A stretch of DNA of 64,000 nucleotides from an uncultured Phycisphaerales bacterium (GCA_963772725.1 CAVYYI010000004.1:256001-320000); one strand, 5' to 3'. Counted from the stretch's first letter, positions 23,586 through 35,231 are shown. Made by a program: numbers and translations. Notes: a model not told the origin generated them from the letters alone.

Positions 23586-24126
23586 TGCCCCAGCCACAGG
23601 TGCTGGGGCTAATCCAATCAAAAACTTAATATTGATGATTTTCAATATATTTAAATCTGGCGGCAAACTCTTCTTCTGAAAAACAAAACCTTATATCATA
23701 CCCTTTGGTACAAAGACGCCCTTCACGGCCATTCTGCCAGAGAGTACGGGTAGTTATACTTTTATAACGGCTTGCAAGTTCCTCGATAAATTCTTTATGT
23801 GGCCGCGCCAGCAAATGGATATGATATGTTTAATTCTTTCCGCTTCAGTGAGAATAACTTGTTTGACAACTTTCTTTTCCTGGGGTTCAACTTAGCAATG
23901 GGCGTTTTTTGTCTATTGTGGTTTCTTTTCAGGAGTTAGATATCGCCTTGAAGGATTTTGCCGTTATCACCATATCCCCTTTTATCACCCGGAAACCAGC
24001 TTCCGTAAGTTGTCCATGTCAACATATACCCGACAATTTCTGACATAATTAAGATGGTAATGTTTCAACAATCGATTGGCAATTATTTTCTGCTTTTGGT
24101 TAGCCCCAGCACCTGTGGCTGGGGCA
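23586..24126. repeat. Inverted pair of 27-bp REP-like palindromes (23586-23612 and 24100-24126)
   Basis: TGCCCCAGCCACAGGTGCTGGGGCTAA and its exact reverse complement. Confidence 0.9.
23626..24046 (-). pseudogene. Degenerate REP-associated tyrosine (Y1/HUH) transposase-like gene
   Basis: MSEIVGYMLTWTTYGSWFPGDKRGY N-terminus, in-frame TAA, HIH (HUH) motif, KYIENH tyrosine; flanked by inverted REP-like palindromes. Confidence 0.72.
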
Positions 24127-24404
24127 TCTTTAAATTCGTTTTTTCCGTTACTGCACAAAATCATCAAGTTTAGTTCCCCTTTGACCTGCCAAAGACGAGG
24201 AACAACAATTCCTCCTGCCCACAGGTGGCAGGGCTAAGCGATGCGGAAAGCAGGGGATTTTTGGGGAAATATAATGTGTGAAATAAGGCTTGCAAAGGAA
24301 AGGGGGGTGGGTTATAATATGCGGTTTAATTCGGACAGGCGGGATATGTAAGTATTTAGCCGCCAAACAGATAGCGAGTTTTTGAGAAAGGATTAGTCCT
24401 AAAG

Positions 24405-24671
24405 ATGTTAGCTAAGGAAAAAAAGAAGCAGATAATCAATGATTTTGAGGTACACCAGGGCGATACGGGCTCTCCAGAGGTGCAGATAGCGATTCTGACA
24501 ACGCGTATAAATGAGCTGACCGAGCATTTCAGGACGCACACGAAGGACCACGCATCACGTCGGGGTCTATTGAAAATGGTAGCTACGAGAGCGGCATTGC
24601 TTAAGTACGTGAATAAGAAAGACCCGAAGCGGTACCAGGATATGATAAGCCGGCTCGGACTGAGAAAATAA
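24405..24671 (+). CDS. rpsO: 30S ribosomal protein S15
   Basis: [28 protein letters not shown]. Confidence 0.98.
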   Translation: MLAKEKKKQIINDFEVHQGDTGSPEVQIAILTTRINELTEHFRTHTKDHASRRGLLKMVATRAALLKYVNKKDPKRYQDMISRLGLRK

Positions 24672-24748
24672 GACGCGTGAGTATTCATGCGGTTTAGTTG
24701 GTTTATGTACTTGAAAATTATTTTTGCACATTCAATTGAGGCAGACCT

Positions 24749-26946
24749 ATGTTAGATTTTTATAAGCTGGAAAGACAAATCGGGGGCAGAATTTTATCGA
24801 TAGAGACAGGCAAGATTGCCAGACAGGCAGACGGGGCTGTCATTGTACGATACGGCGATACGATGGTGCTTGTTGCGGCGACGACTGCTCCGCCTATGGT
24901 TCAGGATATAGATTATTTTCCGTTGAGTGTTGATTATCGCGAAAGGCATTGTGCGGCGGGGAAATTTCCAGGCGGATTTATAAAGCGTGAGGGTGGCCGA
25001 GCACAAAGGAGATTCTGACGGCCAGGATGATAGACAGACCGATAAGGCCGTTGTTTCCGGACGGGTATTTCCAGGAAGTGCAGATAATGGCGATGGTTTT
25101 GAGTTTTGACGGGGAAAATGACCCTGATATTCTGGCGATGATTGGGGCAAGCGCGGCTCTTACGATAAGCAAGATTCCATTTATGGGGCCGATAGCGGCT
25201 TGCAGGATGGGCAGGGTGAACGGTGAATTAGTTATTAATCCGACTCATAAACAGCTCGAGGAAAGCGACTTGAATCTTCTGCTTGGCGGCAGAAAAGACG
25301 CAATGAATATGATTGAGGTCGGCTCGAAGGAATTACCTGAGGACGTAGTCGCAGGGGCGATTGCTGAGGCTCATAAAGTTGTCGCGGAAGTTTGCGGGAT
25401 GATAGAGGAGTTCGGCAAAAGGTTGGAGTTGAAAAGGAGACGCCGCTTGTTGAACTTGACCAGGAGCTTTACAAAAAGGTTAAGGCCCAGATAGCTGATA
25501 AGCTGTATGAACTCAAGCAGATAGTTGGAAAACAGGAACGTAATGACGCGGTAAAGAAATTATTCGAGCAAATCGGGGTTCAATACTGCGACCCGTCTGC
25601 AGAACCTAATGATGATGTTCCGGATGCGGAAGGGCTTGAATCTGAACTGCCTGAGCCGAAATACAGCAAGATAATACTGAAACGGATACTTGGCAAGATC
25701 GAGGAAGAGGTAGTTAAAAAGTTGCTTCTGGACGGCAAACGGCCGGATGGAAGAGGCTATAATGATGTTCGTGACATATCACTGCGAAGTAGGCTTTTTG
25801 CCTCGTACGCATGGCTCGGCGCTGTTTACTCGCGGAGAGACGCAGGCGCTGGTGAATGTGACACTTGGAACGATAAGGGATGCACAAATAATAGACGGAT
25901 TGCTTGAGGAGTATGCCCAGAGCTTTACACTGCATTACAATTTCCCACCGTATTCTGTTGGTGAGGTAAAACCAATAAGGGGTCCTGGCAGGCGAGAAAT
26001 CGGACACGGTGCGTTGGCGGAGCGTGCGTTATTGCAGGTTAAGCCGCCGGAAGATAAGTTCGCATATACAATCAGAATCGTTTCGGATATTACTGAATCC
26101 AATGGTTCAAGTTCGATGGCGTCAGTTTGCGGCGGGACATTGGCAATGATGGATGCTGGCGTACCGATTGAAAGGCCGGTTGCGGGCATATCCATCGGAT
26201 TGATTTCGGGTGAAAAAGGGCGATATGAACTGCTGACGGATATTATCGGCGACGAAGACCATTTCGGCGAGATGGATTTCAAGGTAGCGGGAACGGTTAA
26301 GGGTATTACGGCGATTCAGCTTGATATAAAGGCGGAAGGGCTGGCGCATAATATAATGGTTGACGCGCTCGGCAGGGCGAAAGTGGCGAGGCTGAAGATT
26401 CTGGATATTATGAACAAAGCTATCAGTCAGCCGAGAACGGAATTGAGCAAGTACGCACCGAAGCTGATAACGATTGAGATAGACCCTGAGTTTATCGGCA
26501 AAGTAATCGGGCCGGGCGGGAAGATGATAAAGGGCATCCAGGAAGAGACCGGCGCGGTGATTGAAATCGAAGAAGACGGTACAATTTTCATAAGCTGTGT
26601 GGGCGGTGACGGGCATTTGAAGGCTAAAGAGATTATCGAATCAATCGTATTGCCGCCGCAGGTAGGCAAGGTTTACAGCACGGCGAGAGTGGTTTCTGTA
26701 AAGGATTTCGGGGCGTTTGTTGAGATAGCGCCGGGGGTTGAAGGTCTTTGCCACATCAGCGAGCTGAGTGACGGTTATGTCAAGAGCGTAAATGATGTAT
26801 GCAAAGAGGGTGACATTATACCTGTGAAACTAATACTCATTGATGAGCAGGGCAGATTAAAGCTTTCGCGTAAGGCAGCACTTTCGGACTCCGAGCGGGA
26901 AGCCGAGAGGAATGCGATGAAGAGGCCGCCCAGAGAGCAGCGATAA
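24749..26946 (+). CDS. pnp: Polyribonucleotide nucleotidyltransferase (frameshifted)
   Basis: [47 protein letters not shown] and S1 domains; follows rpsO. Confidence 0.96.
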
Positions 26947-27007
26947 TTCGCGGGAGTGGTTATAGTGAGTTGGCAGCCTGCGAGTCTGGAAAGGCTGGGT
27001 TAAACGA

Positions 27008-27691
27008 ATGTGGCTGGTAAATGAACTTGCGCACGAGATTAAAAATCCGCTTTCGACAATCAAAATCAATTTGAAACTCATAAGTGAGGAGATGGATGAT
27101 TATGCCGGCTCGTTACAAGGGGGGCAGCAAAACGGCGATAAGATTGGCAGGATGCTGAGGAAAATCGGGGTTATTCAGAAGGAGACCGACAGGCTTGAGC
27201 ATATTCTCGATGGATTTCTCCAGTATGCGGACAGGATAGAGCCTCAGGCGGCGAATGCGGATGTAAATGAGCTTTTAAGTGATATGATTGATTTTTATTC
27301 CCCGCAGTGTCATAGTCATTCGATAATTATCCGTATGGTTTTGTGTAAACGGGCGCTGGTTTGCAGGGTTGACGCGGGGATGCTGAAACAGGCGATATTG
27401 AATTTGTTTATAAATGCACAGCAGGCGATGCCGAAAGGCGGGGAATTGATGATAAGGTCGTCTGTGCAGGAGAATTACGCGGTGATACAAATCGGGGATA
27501 CGGGGGAAGGCATTGAAAAAAAGAGGCTGGCTAATCTGTTTGAGGCGTATCATTCGTCAAGGCCGGAAGGAAGCGGTCTGGGATTGCCGACAACTAAAAA
27601 GATTATCGAGGCGCATAAAGGTACGATAAGTGTGGATAGTGAGACTGGAAAAGGGACGCAGTTTACGATAAAATTGCCGCTGGCGGAATGA
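27008..27691 (+). CDS. Sensor histidine kinase (HisKA/HATPase); true start uncertain
   Basis: LAHEIKNPL, NLFINAQQAM, DTGEG, GSGLGL. Confidence 0.88.
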   Translation: MWLVNELAHEIKNPLSTIKINLKLISEEMDDYAGSLQGGQQNGDKIGRMLRKIGVIQKETDRLEHILDGFLQYADRIEPQAANADVNELLSDMIDFYSPQCHSHSIIIRMVLCKRALVCRVDAGMLKQAILNLFINAQQAMPKGGELMIRSSVQENYAVIQIGDTGEGIEKKRLANLFEAYHSSRPEGSGLGLPTTKKIIEAHKGTISVDSETGKGTQFTIKLPLAE

Positions 27692-27726
27692 AGAACCCTG
27701 CGAATAAATCGCGGGGCTAACTAATT

Positions 27727-29100
27727 ATGGATAAAGATATTGTCATTTTAGTGGTTGATGATGAGCGGAATCACGCGGATGGTGTTGCGGAATCGCTGGG
27801 GAAATTGTTCACGAAGGTGATTACTGTTTACAGCGGCCGTAACGCCCTGGAGATTATCCGCAACCGGCAGATTGATATTGTCGTAACGGACCTTAAACTC
27901 GAGGGAAATGTCGACGGGCTGGATATACTCAAAGAGGCAAAAAAACAGAATGAGTTTGCGGAAGTGATTTTGATGACGGCTTACGCGAGTATCGAGACGT
28001 GCAAAGAGGCCATCAGACATGGCGCGTATGATTATCTTGTAAAGCCGATAGATATTGAGCAGCTTAGGACGCTTTTGGAGCAGGCGGGCAGGAAGGTTTC
28101 GCTGTCATATTCTGAAAGAAACAGAACATCGCAAAAAGAGCCGAAGGAATTTCGGTTTGATGGGGTAAGGGGGCAGAGTCCGGCGATGGCGAGGATATTC
28201 GAAGTTTTGCGGCGTGTTGCGCCGTCTAATATATCTGTATTAATTGAGGGGCAGTCTGGGTCAGGCAAGGAATTGCTGGCAAGGGCGATTCACGAAAACT
28301 CGAATCGTCGGGACAAACCTTTCAAGCCGATTAATTGCGCGGGGTTTTCGGAGACATTGCTCGAAAGTGAATTATTTGGACATGTTAAAGGTGCTTTTAC
28401 AGGGGCGGCGACCGACAGAAAAGGGCTTTTTGAAATAGCGGATAAGGGAACGTTGTTTCTCGATGAAATAGGTGATATGCCGCTGAATATGCAGGCAAAG
28501 CTTCTGCGGGTACTGGAGGATGGAATTGTTTTGCCGGTCGGTTCGAGCAAGTCGATTCTTGTCGATGTTCGGCTTATCAGCGCGACAAATCACGACCTTA
28601 CGAAATTAGTGGAAGAGAAAAAATTTAGGCAGGATTTGTTTTTCAGGATTAAGGGAGTAAGCGTTACGGTGCCGTCGCTTCGTGAAAGAGTGGATGATAT
28701 ACCGGCATTAACCGAATATTTTATCAAAGAGGCCGCCGAGGAAACCGGCTCGAAGGTCGCGGGGATAAGCAGGGCGGCGATGAGCGTGCTTGGCGGTTAT
28801 GACTGGCCGGGCAATATTCGGCAGCTTAGAAACTGTATCAGGATTATGGTTGTGATGTGCGACAGGAGCCATCTGGACGTGCAGGACATACCGCCCGAGG
28901 TACACCAGCTCAGGCAGCTGCCGGCCGGTGTGCCTGAAAAAACAGGTATTGATTTATCTGGAATGCCGTTAAATGAACTGGAGAGGCGGGCGATAATGGA
29001 CACGCTGGCCAAGACCGGAAACAACCGTGAAAAGGCCGCCAGGATACTCGGAATCGGCGAAAGAACCCTCTATCGGAAAATCAAAGAGTATAACCTGTAA
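27727..29100 (+). CDS. NtrC-family sigma54 response regulator
   Basis: Receiver (VVDDE, VTDLK), GQSGSGKE, GAFTGA, Fis HTH. Confidence 0.95.
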   Translation: MDKDIVILVVDDERNHADGVAESLGKLFTKVITVYSGRNALEIIRNRQIDIVVTDLKLEGNVDGLDILKEAKKQNEFAEVILMTAYASIETCKEAIRHGAYDYLVKPIDIEQLRTLLEQAGRKVSLSYSERNRTSQKEPKEFRFDGVRGQSPAMARIFEVLRRVAPSNISVLIEGQSGSGKELLARAIHENSNRRDKPFKPINCAGFSETLLESELFGHVKGAFTGAATDRKGLFEIADKGTLFLDEIGDMPLNMQAKLLRVLEDGIVLPVGSSKSILVDVRLISATNHDLTKLVEEKKFRQDLFFRIKGVSVTVPSLRERVDDIPALTEYFIKEAAEETGSKVAGISRAAMSVLGGYDWPGNIRQLRNCIRIMVVMCDRSHLDVQDIPPEVHQLRQLPAGVPEKTGIDLSGMPLNELERRAIMDTLAKTGNNREKAARILGIGERTLYRKIKEYNL

Positions 29101-29103
29101 TAG

Positions 29104-30123
29104 TTATATGGTGGTTTTGAGGATTCTGTCAGACGATTCTGGCATGCCGGTGCGGGCGGAAAGATATGCGGACTCGATGACGGCCATATTTTTGCGGTTC
29201 TCGTGGATGCTGCTGTTTAATTTGTTTTCCTGGGTGTTAATCAAACTATTGGCAAAGTCTTCAAGAAGTTTTGTTATTAAATCAAATTCTGTCTGGTTGT
29301 ATCGCTGTTCAGAGATGATATTGCCGCGGTTGTCGCTAATACCAAAATAATTGTCGGCGATGGTGAGGATTTTGTTTTTGCCGTGAATTTTTATGGTTTC
29401 CTCTTTAGCGCCGAATATTCTGCTTATAGTAAGATTTGCTGTCAGTGTATCGCTGAATTTCATTGTTAGAACCGCGGTGTCTTCGGTGAGGCAAAGCCTC
29501 TGCTGCCTGTCAAGAGCATGATTGCCGGTGAGACAGTAAACCTGCTGAGGTATGGAAAAAAGGCAGAGCATCTGGTCTAATATTTGATAACCGTTTCGCA
29601 GTAGGACGCCTCCGCCGGCGAGTTTTGGGTCGCTGTACCAGGGTGGATACGCATTATTACCATTTGTGCTGACAGCAGTAATAAGAAAAATCTGCTCTAA
29701 TTTTCCCGCTTCGATGAATTCTTTGGCGGCTGTGAAGCTTCGGGAAAATCTTTTTGTGTTGGCAACGGCGAAATTTATATTTTCCCTGTGGGCAAGTTTG
29801 GCGAATTCCTCTATCTCTTCAAAATTCCTGGCTGGCGGCGGGAGTTTGAGTATATTCATCTTTTTTTTAATCGCGGCGCGGAGATATTCTTCGCAGCTAT
29901 GCATACCGGCGGCGACCAGGACGCAGTCAAAATCATTCTGCATGATTAGCTGCCTATAATCGTCGTAGGCTGTGCAATTGTACGTCTGGGCGGTTTTTTC
30001 GACTAAAGCGGTATCCTTGTCGGCGACGGCAGTAACAGTAAAATAGCCGCATTTGGCAGTTGCTTCAAGCAAAAGCTCGCCGCCGTCCTTTAATCCGAGT
30101 ATAGCGGTTTTAAGTGCAGCCAT
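29104..30123 (-). CDS. Gfo/Idh/MocA-family oxidoreductase
   Basis: TAILGL Rossmann start, YDDYRQLI, DPKLAGGGVLL. Confidence 0.8.
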   Translation of the reverse strand: MAALKTAILGLKDGGELLLEATAKCGYFTVTAVADKDTALVEKTAQTYNCTAYDDYRQLIMQNDFDCVLVAAGMHSCEEYLRAAIKKKMNILKLPPPARNFEEIEEFAKLAHRENINFAVANTKRFSRSFTAAKEFIEAGKLEQIFLITAVSTNGNNAYPPWYSDPKLAGGGVLLRNGYQILDQMLCLFSIPQQVYCLTGNHALDRQQRLCLTEDTAVLTMKFSDTLTANLTISRIFGAKEETIKIHGKNKILTIADNYFGISDNRGNIISEQRYNQTEFDLITKLLEDFANSLINTQENKLNSSIHENRKNMAVIESAYLSARTGMPESSDRILKTTI

Positions 30124-30148
30124 ATACGTTATATTAATCCGTGAATGG

Positions 30149-31417
30149 TTATATTTTTTCCTTGTTAGGTACAATGAAATGCTCCGGTACTGGGAATTGT
30201 GAGCACAACATCAGGGCTTCCCTGCCGGTAGTTTCGATAACCGATTCATTGTCGATATTTTCGGCCACTTTATTAATGAGCGAGGCGATTTGCCGAACCT
30301 GCTGTTCTTTCATACCTCTCGTTGTAATTGCGGCGGTACCAATTCTCAGGCCGCTTGGATTGAACGGCGGGGCGGGGTCATTGGGAATCGAATTACAGTT
30401 GGTTTCAATTTTTGCCCTGTCGAGAGCCTTGGCGAATTTTCTGCCGGGAATATTTTTATTTCGCAAATCAATCAGAATCAGGTGATTGTCAGTTCCGCCT
30501 GATACGAGATTGAAACCGTGTTCGATAAGCTGTGCGGCAAGGGCCTTTGAGTTTTTGACAATCTGTTTGGCATAAGCGATAAATTCGGGTGTATCGGCTT
30601 CGGCGAGAGCGACGGCGATACCTGAAATAGTGTGCATGTGTGGGCCGCCCTGGAGGCCTGGGAAGACGGCCTTATCGACATTTTTGGCGTGTTGGTCCTT
30701 GCAGAGGAGCATTCCGCCGCGTGGGCCCCTGAGAGTCTTGTGCGTAGTTGTCGAGACTATGTCAGCGTGTGGAACGGGGCTTGGATGTATTCCGCCGACG
30801 ACAAGGCCGGAAATGTGAGCGATGTCGCTGACGTGAAACGCGCCGACGCTTTTTGCTATTTCTCCAAAGGCCTTAAAGTCTATTTCTCTTGGATAGGCGG
30901 TTGCGCCGGAGATAATAATCCGGGGCTTATGTTTTTTCGCGAGAGCCTCAATTTGATTGTAGTCGAACCTTCCGGTATTGGGGTCAACGGTGTACTGGAC
31001 GGAGTTAAATATTTTTCCGGTGAGGCTTACGTTCCAGCCGTGCGTCAGGTGTCCGCCGTGCGGCAGTGCCAAACCCATTATCGTCGCGCCTGGCTCAACA
31101 AGGGCAAGATAGGCTGCCAGATTGGCGACGGAGCCGGAGTAAGGCTGGACGTTGACATGGTCTGCCTTAAAAACTTTTTTAGCGCGTTCCTGCGCAAGGG
31201 TCTCGATGAGGTCTGTTACCTGCTGGCCTTCGTAGTATCTTTTGCCGGGGTAGCCTTCTGCGTATTTATTTGTCAGGCAGCTTCCGCTTGCGGACATAAC
31301 GGCCTTTGAAACGTAATTTTCGGAAGCGATAAGGCGAATCACACCGCTTTGCCGTGCGCCTTCCTGTCTTATAAGTTCGTACATTTGCGGGTCATAATTT
31401 TCAAGAGCAGTAATCAT
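30149..31417 (-). CDS. glyA: Serine hydroxymethyltransferase
   Basis: LIASEN, NKYAEGYPGKRYY, STTTHKTLRGPRGG, FPGLQGGP. Confidence 0.98.
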   Translation of the reverse strand: MITALENYDPQMYELIRQEGARQSGVIRLIASENYVSKAVMSASGSCLTNKYAEGYPGKRYYEGQQVTDLIETLAQERAKKVFKADHVNVQPYSGSVANLAAYLALVEPGATIMGLALPHGGHLTHGWNVSLTGKIFNSVQYTVDPNTGRFDYNQIEALAKKHKPRIIISGATAYPREIDFKAFGEIAKSVGAFHVSDIAHISGLVVGGIHPSPVPHADIVSTTTHKTLRGPRGGMLLCKDQHAKNVDKAVFPGLQGGPHMHTISGIAVALAEADTPEFIAYAKQIVKNSKALAAQLIEHGFNLVSGGTDNHLILIDLRNKNIPGRKFAKALDRAKIETNCNSIPNDPAPPFNPSGLRIGTAAITTRGMKEQQVRQIASLINKVAENIDNESVIETTGREALMLCSQFPVPEHFIVPNKEKI

Positions 31418-31653
31418 TTTATTCTCCTAATATTATTCATAATTCCGAAATAAACTCAAAAGTCCTGTCCTGGAACCAGGATAGGGATTTGTGTCTTTAT
31501 GTTTTTTAACTTGCTAAGGGGTAAATCAACAACTGCCATCCTTGTATTCCTGCACAAAATTAATTCATAATACTGAGCCTGCTTTTTTGGTCAGACCGGC
31601 ATTTTACAGGTAAGTTTTATAGCATAAGCTAACTTTTTATGCAAGTATTGGTT

Positions 31654-33096
31654 TTATTTTGCGGTGTGGGCAGGTTCATCGCTCCATCCGCCGCCCAGGG
31701 CTTTATATAAAACCACGAGATTTGTGGAAACTGTGCGGTTACTTTGGACCAAGGCGTCCTGTGAAAGGTAGAGAGAACGCTGGGCATTTAAAACATTTAG
31801 AAAATCAGTTTCTCCTTCGGTATAAAGAATAGTTGACAGTTCAACCGCTTTGCGATTTGCAGCAACTGCCTCGGCGAGTGATTTACGATGTTCCTCTTCT
31901 TTTGTTGAGGCTATTAAGGCGTTTTCTACTTCCTGCATAGCGGCAAGAACAGTCTGCTGATACAAAATAAAAGTCTCTTCTTTTAAGGCTTTTTGCAATT
32001 CGATATTCGAGCGGACTGCGCCTGCACTGAATATCTGCCATTGGGCGGATGGACCGTAAGACCATGTGCGGTTGTCCCAGTTCGAGAGTGAATTAAAATT
32101 ATTACCCTGCAGACTGGTTGAAGCTGACAGGGACAACTTGGGGAATAAATCGGCTGTGGCCACGCCTATTCGGGCGGTTGCGGCGTGTATTTGTGATTCA
32201 GCGCGGCGTATGTCGGGGCGGCGCCTCAAAAGGTCGGACGGAACCCCGAGCGGAACTGTTGGGGGAGCAACCGGAATTGTTGAAGTTGGGGACAGTTCAT
32301 CGAGAAGGGCGGCAGGCTCAAGGGCGAGCAAAACACTTAAATTATAGATTATTTGTCTAGCCGATGATTCCAGCACGGGAATTTGAGATGCGGTGGCCGC
32401 AACCTGGGCATTGGCATTGGCTACATCCAAAGCACCAACAAAGCCGCTCTGAAATCTTTTACGGGTTATTGCGGCACTGCTTTTTTGTGCTTCGAGATTT
32501 TCACGCGCAACGACAATTTGCTGCTGGAAACCACGGAGGTCGATATAGTTTAGCGCGACCTCGGCGGTGAGTGTAACCAATACATCGCGGCGGTCTTCGA
32601 TGGCGGTTTTAATGTCGGCGTCGGCGGCTTCAATCCCGCGGCGAATTCCACCAAAAATGTCCACTTCCCATATCGCATCCAGACCGCTCTGGAAAAGATT
32701 TCGTTTTACACCGGCGCTGGAACGGCTTCGAGAAACCGAACCTGAGAGATCAGCGGAGGGCCAGAAAGCTGAAGCGGCAATACCTCTTGATGCTCTTGCC
32801 TGCCGGATACGAGCCTGAGCCTGTTGCAAATTCAGATTATTTTTAACAGCTCTATCTATCAGCGAAGTAAGAGCCGGGTCATCGAACGAAGTCCACCAAT
32901 AAATGAGATTCTGTTCAGAAACGGCAGTTTGCTGTCCGTTGGAACCCAACCAGCCGGAAGTGGTTTTAGATTGCGGCGACTGATAGTCTGGTCCCACCAT
33001 GCATCCACCTAACATCGCTATACATGGAAGGGATATCAATAAGACAGCATATATGTTCAAATATTTGTATGTCACAAGCTGATTTTTCCAAAGCAT
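31654..33096 (-). CDS. Efflux outer membrane factor lipoprotein (NodT/OprM family)
   Basis: GCMVGPDY lipobox, WEVDIFG, PSDLLRRRPDIR, LYKALGGGW. Confidence 0.93.
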   Translation of the reverse strand: MLWKNQLVTYKYLNIYAVLLISLPCIAMLGGCMVGPDYQSPQSKTTSGWLGSNGQQTAVSEQNLIYWWTSFDDPALTSLIDRAVKNNLNLQQAQARIRQARASRGIAASAFWPSADLSGSVSRSRSSAGVKRNLFQSGLDAIWEVDIFGGIRRGIEAADADIKTAIEDRRDVLVTLTAEVALNYIDLRGFQQQIVVARENLEAQKSSAAITRKRFQSGFVGALDVANANAQVAATASQIPVLESSARQIIYNLSVLLALEPAALLDELSPTSTIPVAPPTVPLGVPSDLLRRRPDIRRAESQIHAATARIGVATADLFPKLSLSASTSLQGNNFNSLSNWDNRTWSYGPSAQWQIFSAGAVRSNIELQKALKEETFILYQQTVLAAMQEVENALIASTKEEEHRKSLAEAVAANRKAVELSTILYTEGETDFLNVLNAQRSLYLSQDALVQSNRTVSTNLVVLYKALGGGWSDEPAHTAK

Positions 33097-33132
33097 ATAA
33101 ATCTCCTTTTAGGCCGACATTGCCGGCCTGAA

Positions 33133-34503
33133 TTACTCGTATCGCAATGCCTCAATCGGGTCTAATCTTGAAGCCTTCCACGCTGGATAGTATCCGAAAA
33201 TTATACCGACGCCTGCTGAGACAAGAACAGCTGCGATAATAGCCGCCGGTGAGGTTTTAATAGGCCAGTGGAGAAAAAACTTGACCAGATACGAACCGCC
33301 GTGTCCGAGTAAAATTCCAATAGCTCCTCCTGCCAGGCACAAAACTGTGGCTTCAACAAGGAACTGTCTGAGGATGTCACGTGCTCTGGCGCCGACGGCC
33401 ATTCGCAATCCTATTTCGCGAGTTCGTTCGGTAACAGAGACGAGCATTATATTCATAATTCCAACGCCGCCGACAACGAGCGAAATAAGAGCGACACACA
33501 AAAGCAGATTAGTCATCAGTCCCGATGTTGATGTCAGGGTTTTTACCATTTCGGCCATGTTGCGGATATTGAAATCCTCCGGGTCTCCGGGATGAATGCG
33601 GTGACGCTCCCGCAGGACATTTGTTATCTGCTGAATAACCAAGGGTATTTCGGCGGTTGACCGGGCAGCAACCATAATCTGGTCAACATTTGTAAAACGT
33701 ACGGGCATAGGGTTATCGGCTGCCTGAGTTGTGGAAGGGACAGGATATAAATTGAGCTGGCTATTGGGATAAAGCTGATTTAGTGAATTAACTGAAGATG
33801 AAGTAGTTGAGCTGCCGGTCTGGCTTGTAGTGGTTACCGAAGAACCGGTAACCCGGTATTTGATAGTTGTCCAAGGGGCCAGAATGATATCATCCTGATC
33901 CATACCCATCATGTTGGCGCCTTTTGTACTTAGAACTCCAATAACCCTTAGCGAGACATTCATAACTCTGATTTCTTTTCCGATTGGAGATTTGTTCTCA
34001 AATAGTTCACGGACGAGAGTCTGACCCAGGATGCAGACCCTGTTTCCGTTTCTGACATCGCGGTCGGTAAAAATTTCACCTTCGGCGAGATTGGTCCAGT
34101 CGCGAATATCAAGAAATTCCGGCGAGGTGCCGTAAATGGTAGGAGGAATCCAGTTTCGATTACCATAAATTACCTGGCCGTGAGCACGAACTACCGGAGC
34201 GGCCGTGCTAACGGCGGGGCAATCTCGCAAGATGGCATCGCAATCCTGAGGAGTCAATGTCTTAGCGCTGCCTGTCCCGAAAGTTATACCGCCGCTGGCT
34301 GCTGTACCGGGCAGAACAAGAATGCTGTTTGCGCCCATGCTGGCAATTGTTTTTTGTATCATCGCGGAGGAACCGCTTCCTATCTCCATCATCGCGATAA
34401 CGGCTGCGACACCGATGACGATACCGAGTGTTGTTAAAAAAGCCCTCATGGGGTTACGCCGCAAAGCTCTGAACGCGGTCTTTAGAGTACGATGAATTTT
34501 CAT
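33133..34503 (-). CDS. MacB-type ABC permease
   Basis: LTTLGIVIGVAAV, GGVGIMNIMLVSVTERTREIG, LDPIEALRYE. Confidence 0.94.
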   Translation of the reverse strand: MKIHRTLKTAFRALRRNPMRAFLTTLGIVIGVAAVIAMMEIGSGSSAMIQKTIASMGANSILVLPGTAASGGITFGTGSAKTLTPQDCDAILRDCPAVSTAAPVVRAHGQVIYGNRNWIPPTIYGTSPEFLDIRDWTNLAEGEIFTDRDVRNGNRVCILGQTLVRELFENKSPIGKEIRVMNVSLRVIGVLSTKGANMMGMDQDDIILAPWTTIKYRVTGSSVTTTSQTGSSTTSSSVNSLNQLYPNSQLNLYPVPSTTQAADNPMPVRFTNVDQIMVAARSTAEIPLVIQQITNVLRERHRIHPGDPEDFNIRNMAEMVKTLTSTSGLMTNLLLCVALISLVVGGVGIMNIMLVSVTERTREIGLRMAVGARARDILRQFLVEATVLCLAGGAIGILLGHGGSYLVKFFLHWPIKTSPAAIIAAVLVSAGVGIIFGYYPAWKASRLDPIEALRYE

Positions 34504-35201
34504 GATACACCCCCTTTATTATTTTCACCGTCAATGACACCGTCGCGGATATGGATTATACGCCTGGCGTGTTTCGCTATTCCTGGGTCGTGCGTAACGA
34601 GGATGACAGTGATTCCCTGTTCTTCGTTAAGTTTCTGAAACAACCGCAGGACTTCTTCGCTTGTATGAGAATCGAGGTTTCCGGTCGGCTCATCTGCCAG
34701 AAGAATAGTCGGAGTGTTAATTAACGCCCGCGCAATCGCGACTCTCTGCTGCTGTCCGCCTGAAAGCTGAGAAGGTTCGTGATGCATCCTGTCCTCAAGC
34801 CCCATGATACAAAGCATTTCAACGGCTTTTTGACGGGCATGCCTGTCGGATATATTTTCGGCGGTATAAGTCAGCGGCATCATTACATTATCCAGCGCGC
34901 TGGTGCGAGGCAGGAGGTTGAAGCTCTGAAACACAAAACCAATCCTGTGGTTTCGTACTAAAGCGCGTTTGTCAGAAGAGATGCTGGATATTTCCTGTCC
35001 GTCAAGCCAATACTCTCCTGAAGTGGGGCGGTCAAGACATCCGAGAATATTCATCAAAGTACTTTTACCTGAGCCGGAAGCGCCCATCAAAGCAACCAAT
35101 TCGCCTTTAGCGATAACCAGCGATATTCCATGGAGCACTGGCACATCTATGTCGCCGATGTAATATGTCTTGCGAATGTTTTTTAATTCTATAAGTTCCA
35201 T
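34500..35201 (-). CDS. MacB/LolD-type ABC ATPase
   Basis: [28 protein letters not shown]. Confidence 0.95.
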   Translation of the reverse strand: MELIELKNIRKTYYIGDIDVPVLHGISLVIAKGELVALMGASGSGKSTLMNILGCLDRPTSGEYWLDGQEISSISSDKRALVRNHRIGFVFQSFNLLPRTSALDNVMMPLTYTAENISDRHARQKAVEMLCIMGLEDRMHHEPSQLSGGQQQRVAIARALINTPTILLADEPTGNLDSHTSEEVLRLFQKLNEEQGITVILVTHDPGIAKHARRIIHIRDGVIDGENNKGGVS

Positions 35202-35231
35202 AACATTTTCGATTCTCGAATTAACGCCTTT

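Noticed and set aside
31418..31653. ZTP, THF or glycine riboswitch upstream of glyA
   Set aside because: Only one hairpin (31464-31485) is visible and no aptamer consensus was recognised; it may be the efflux operon terminator
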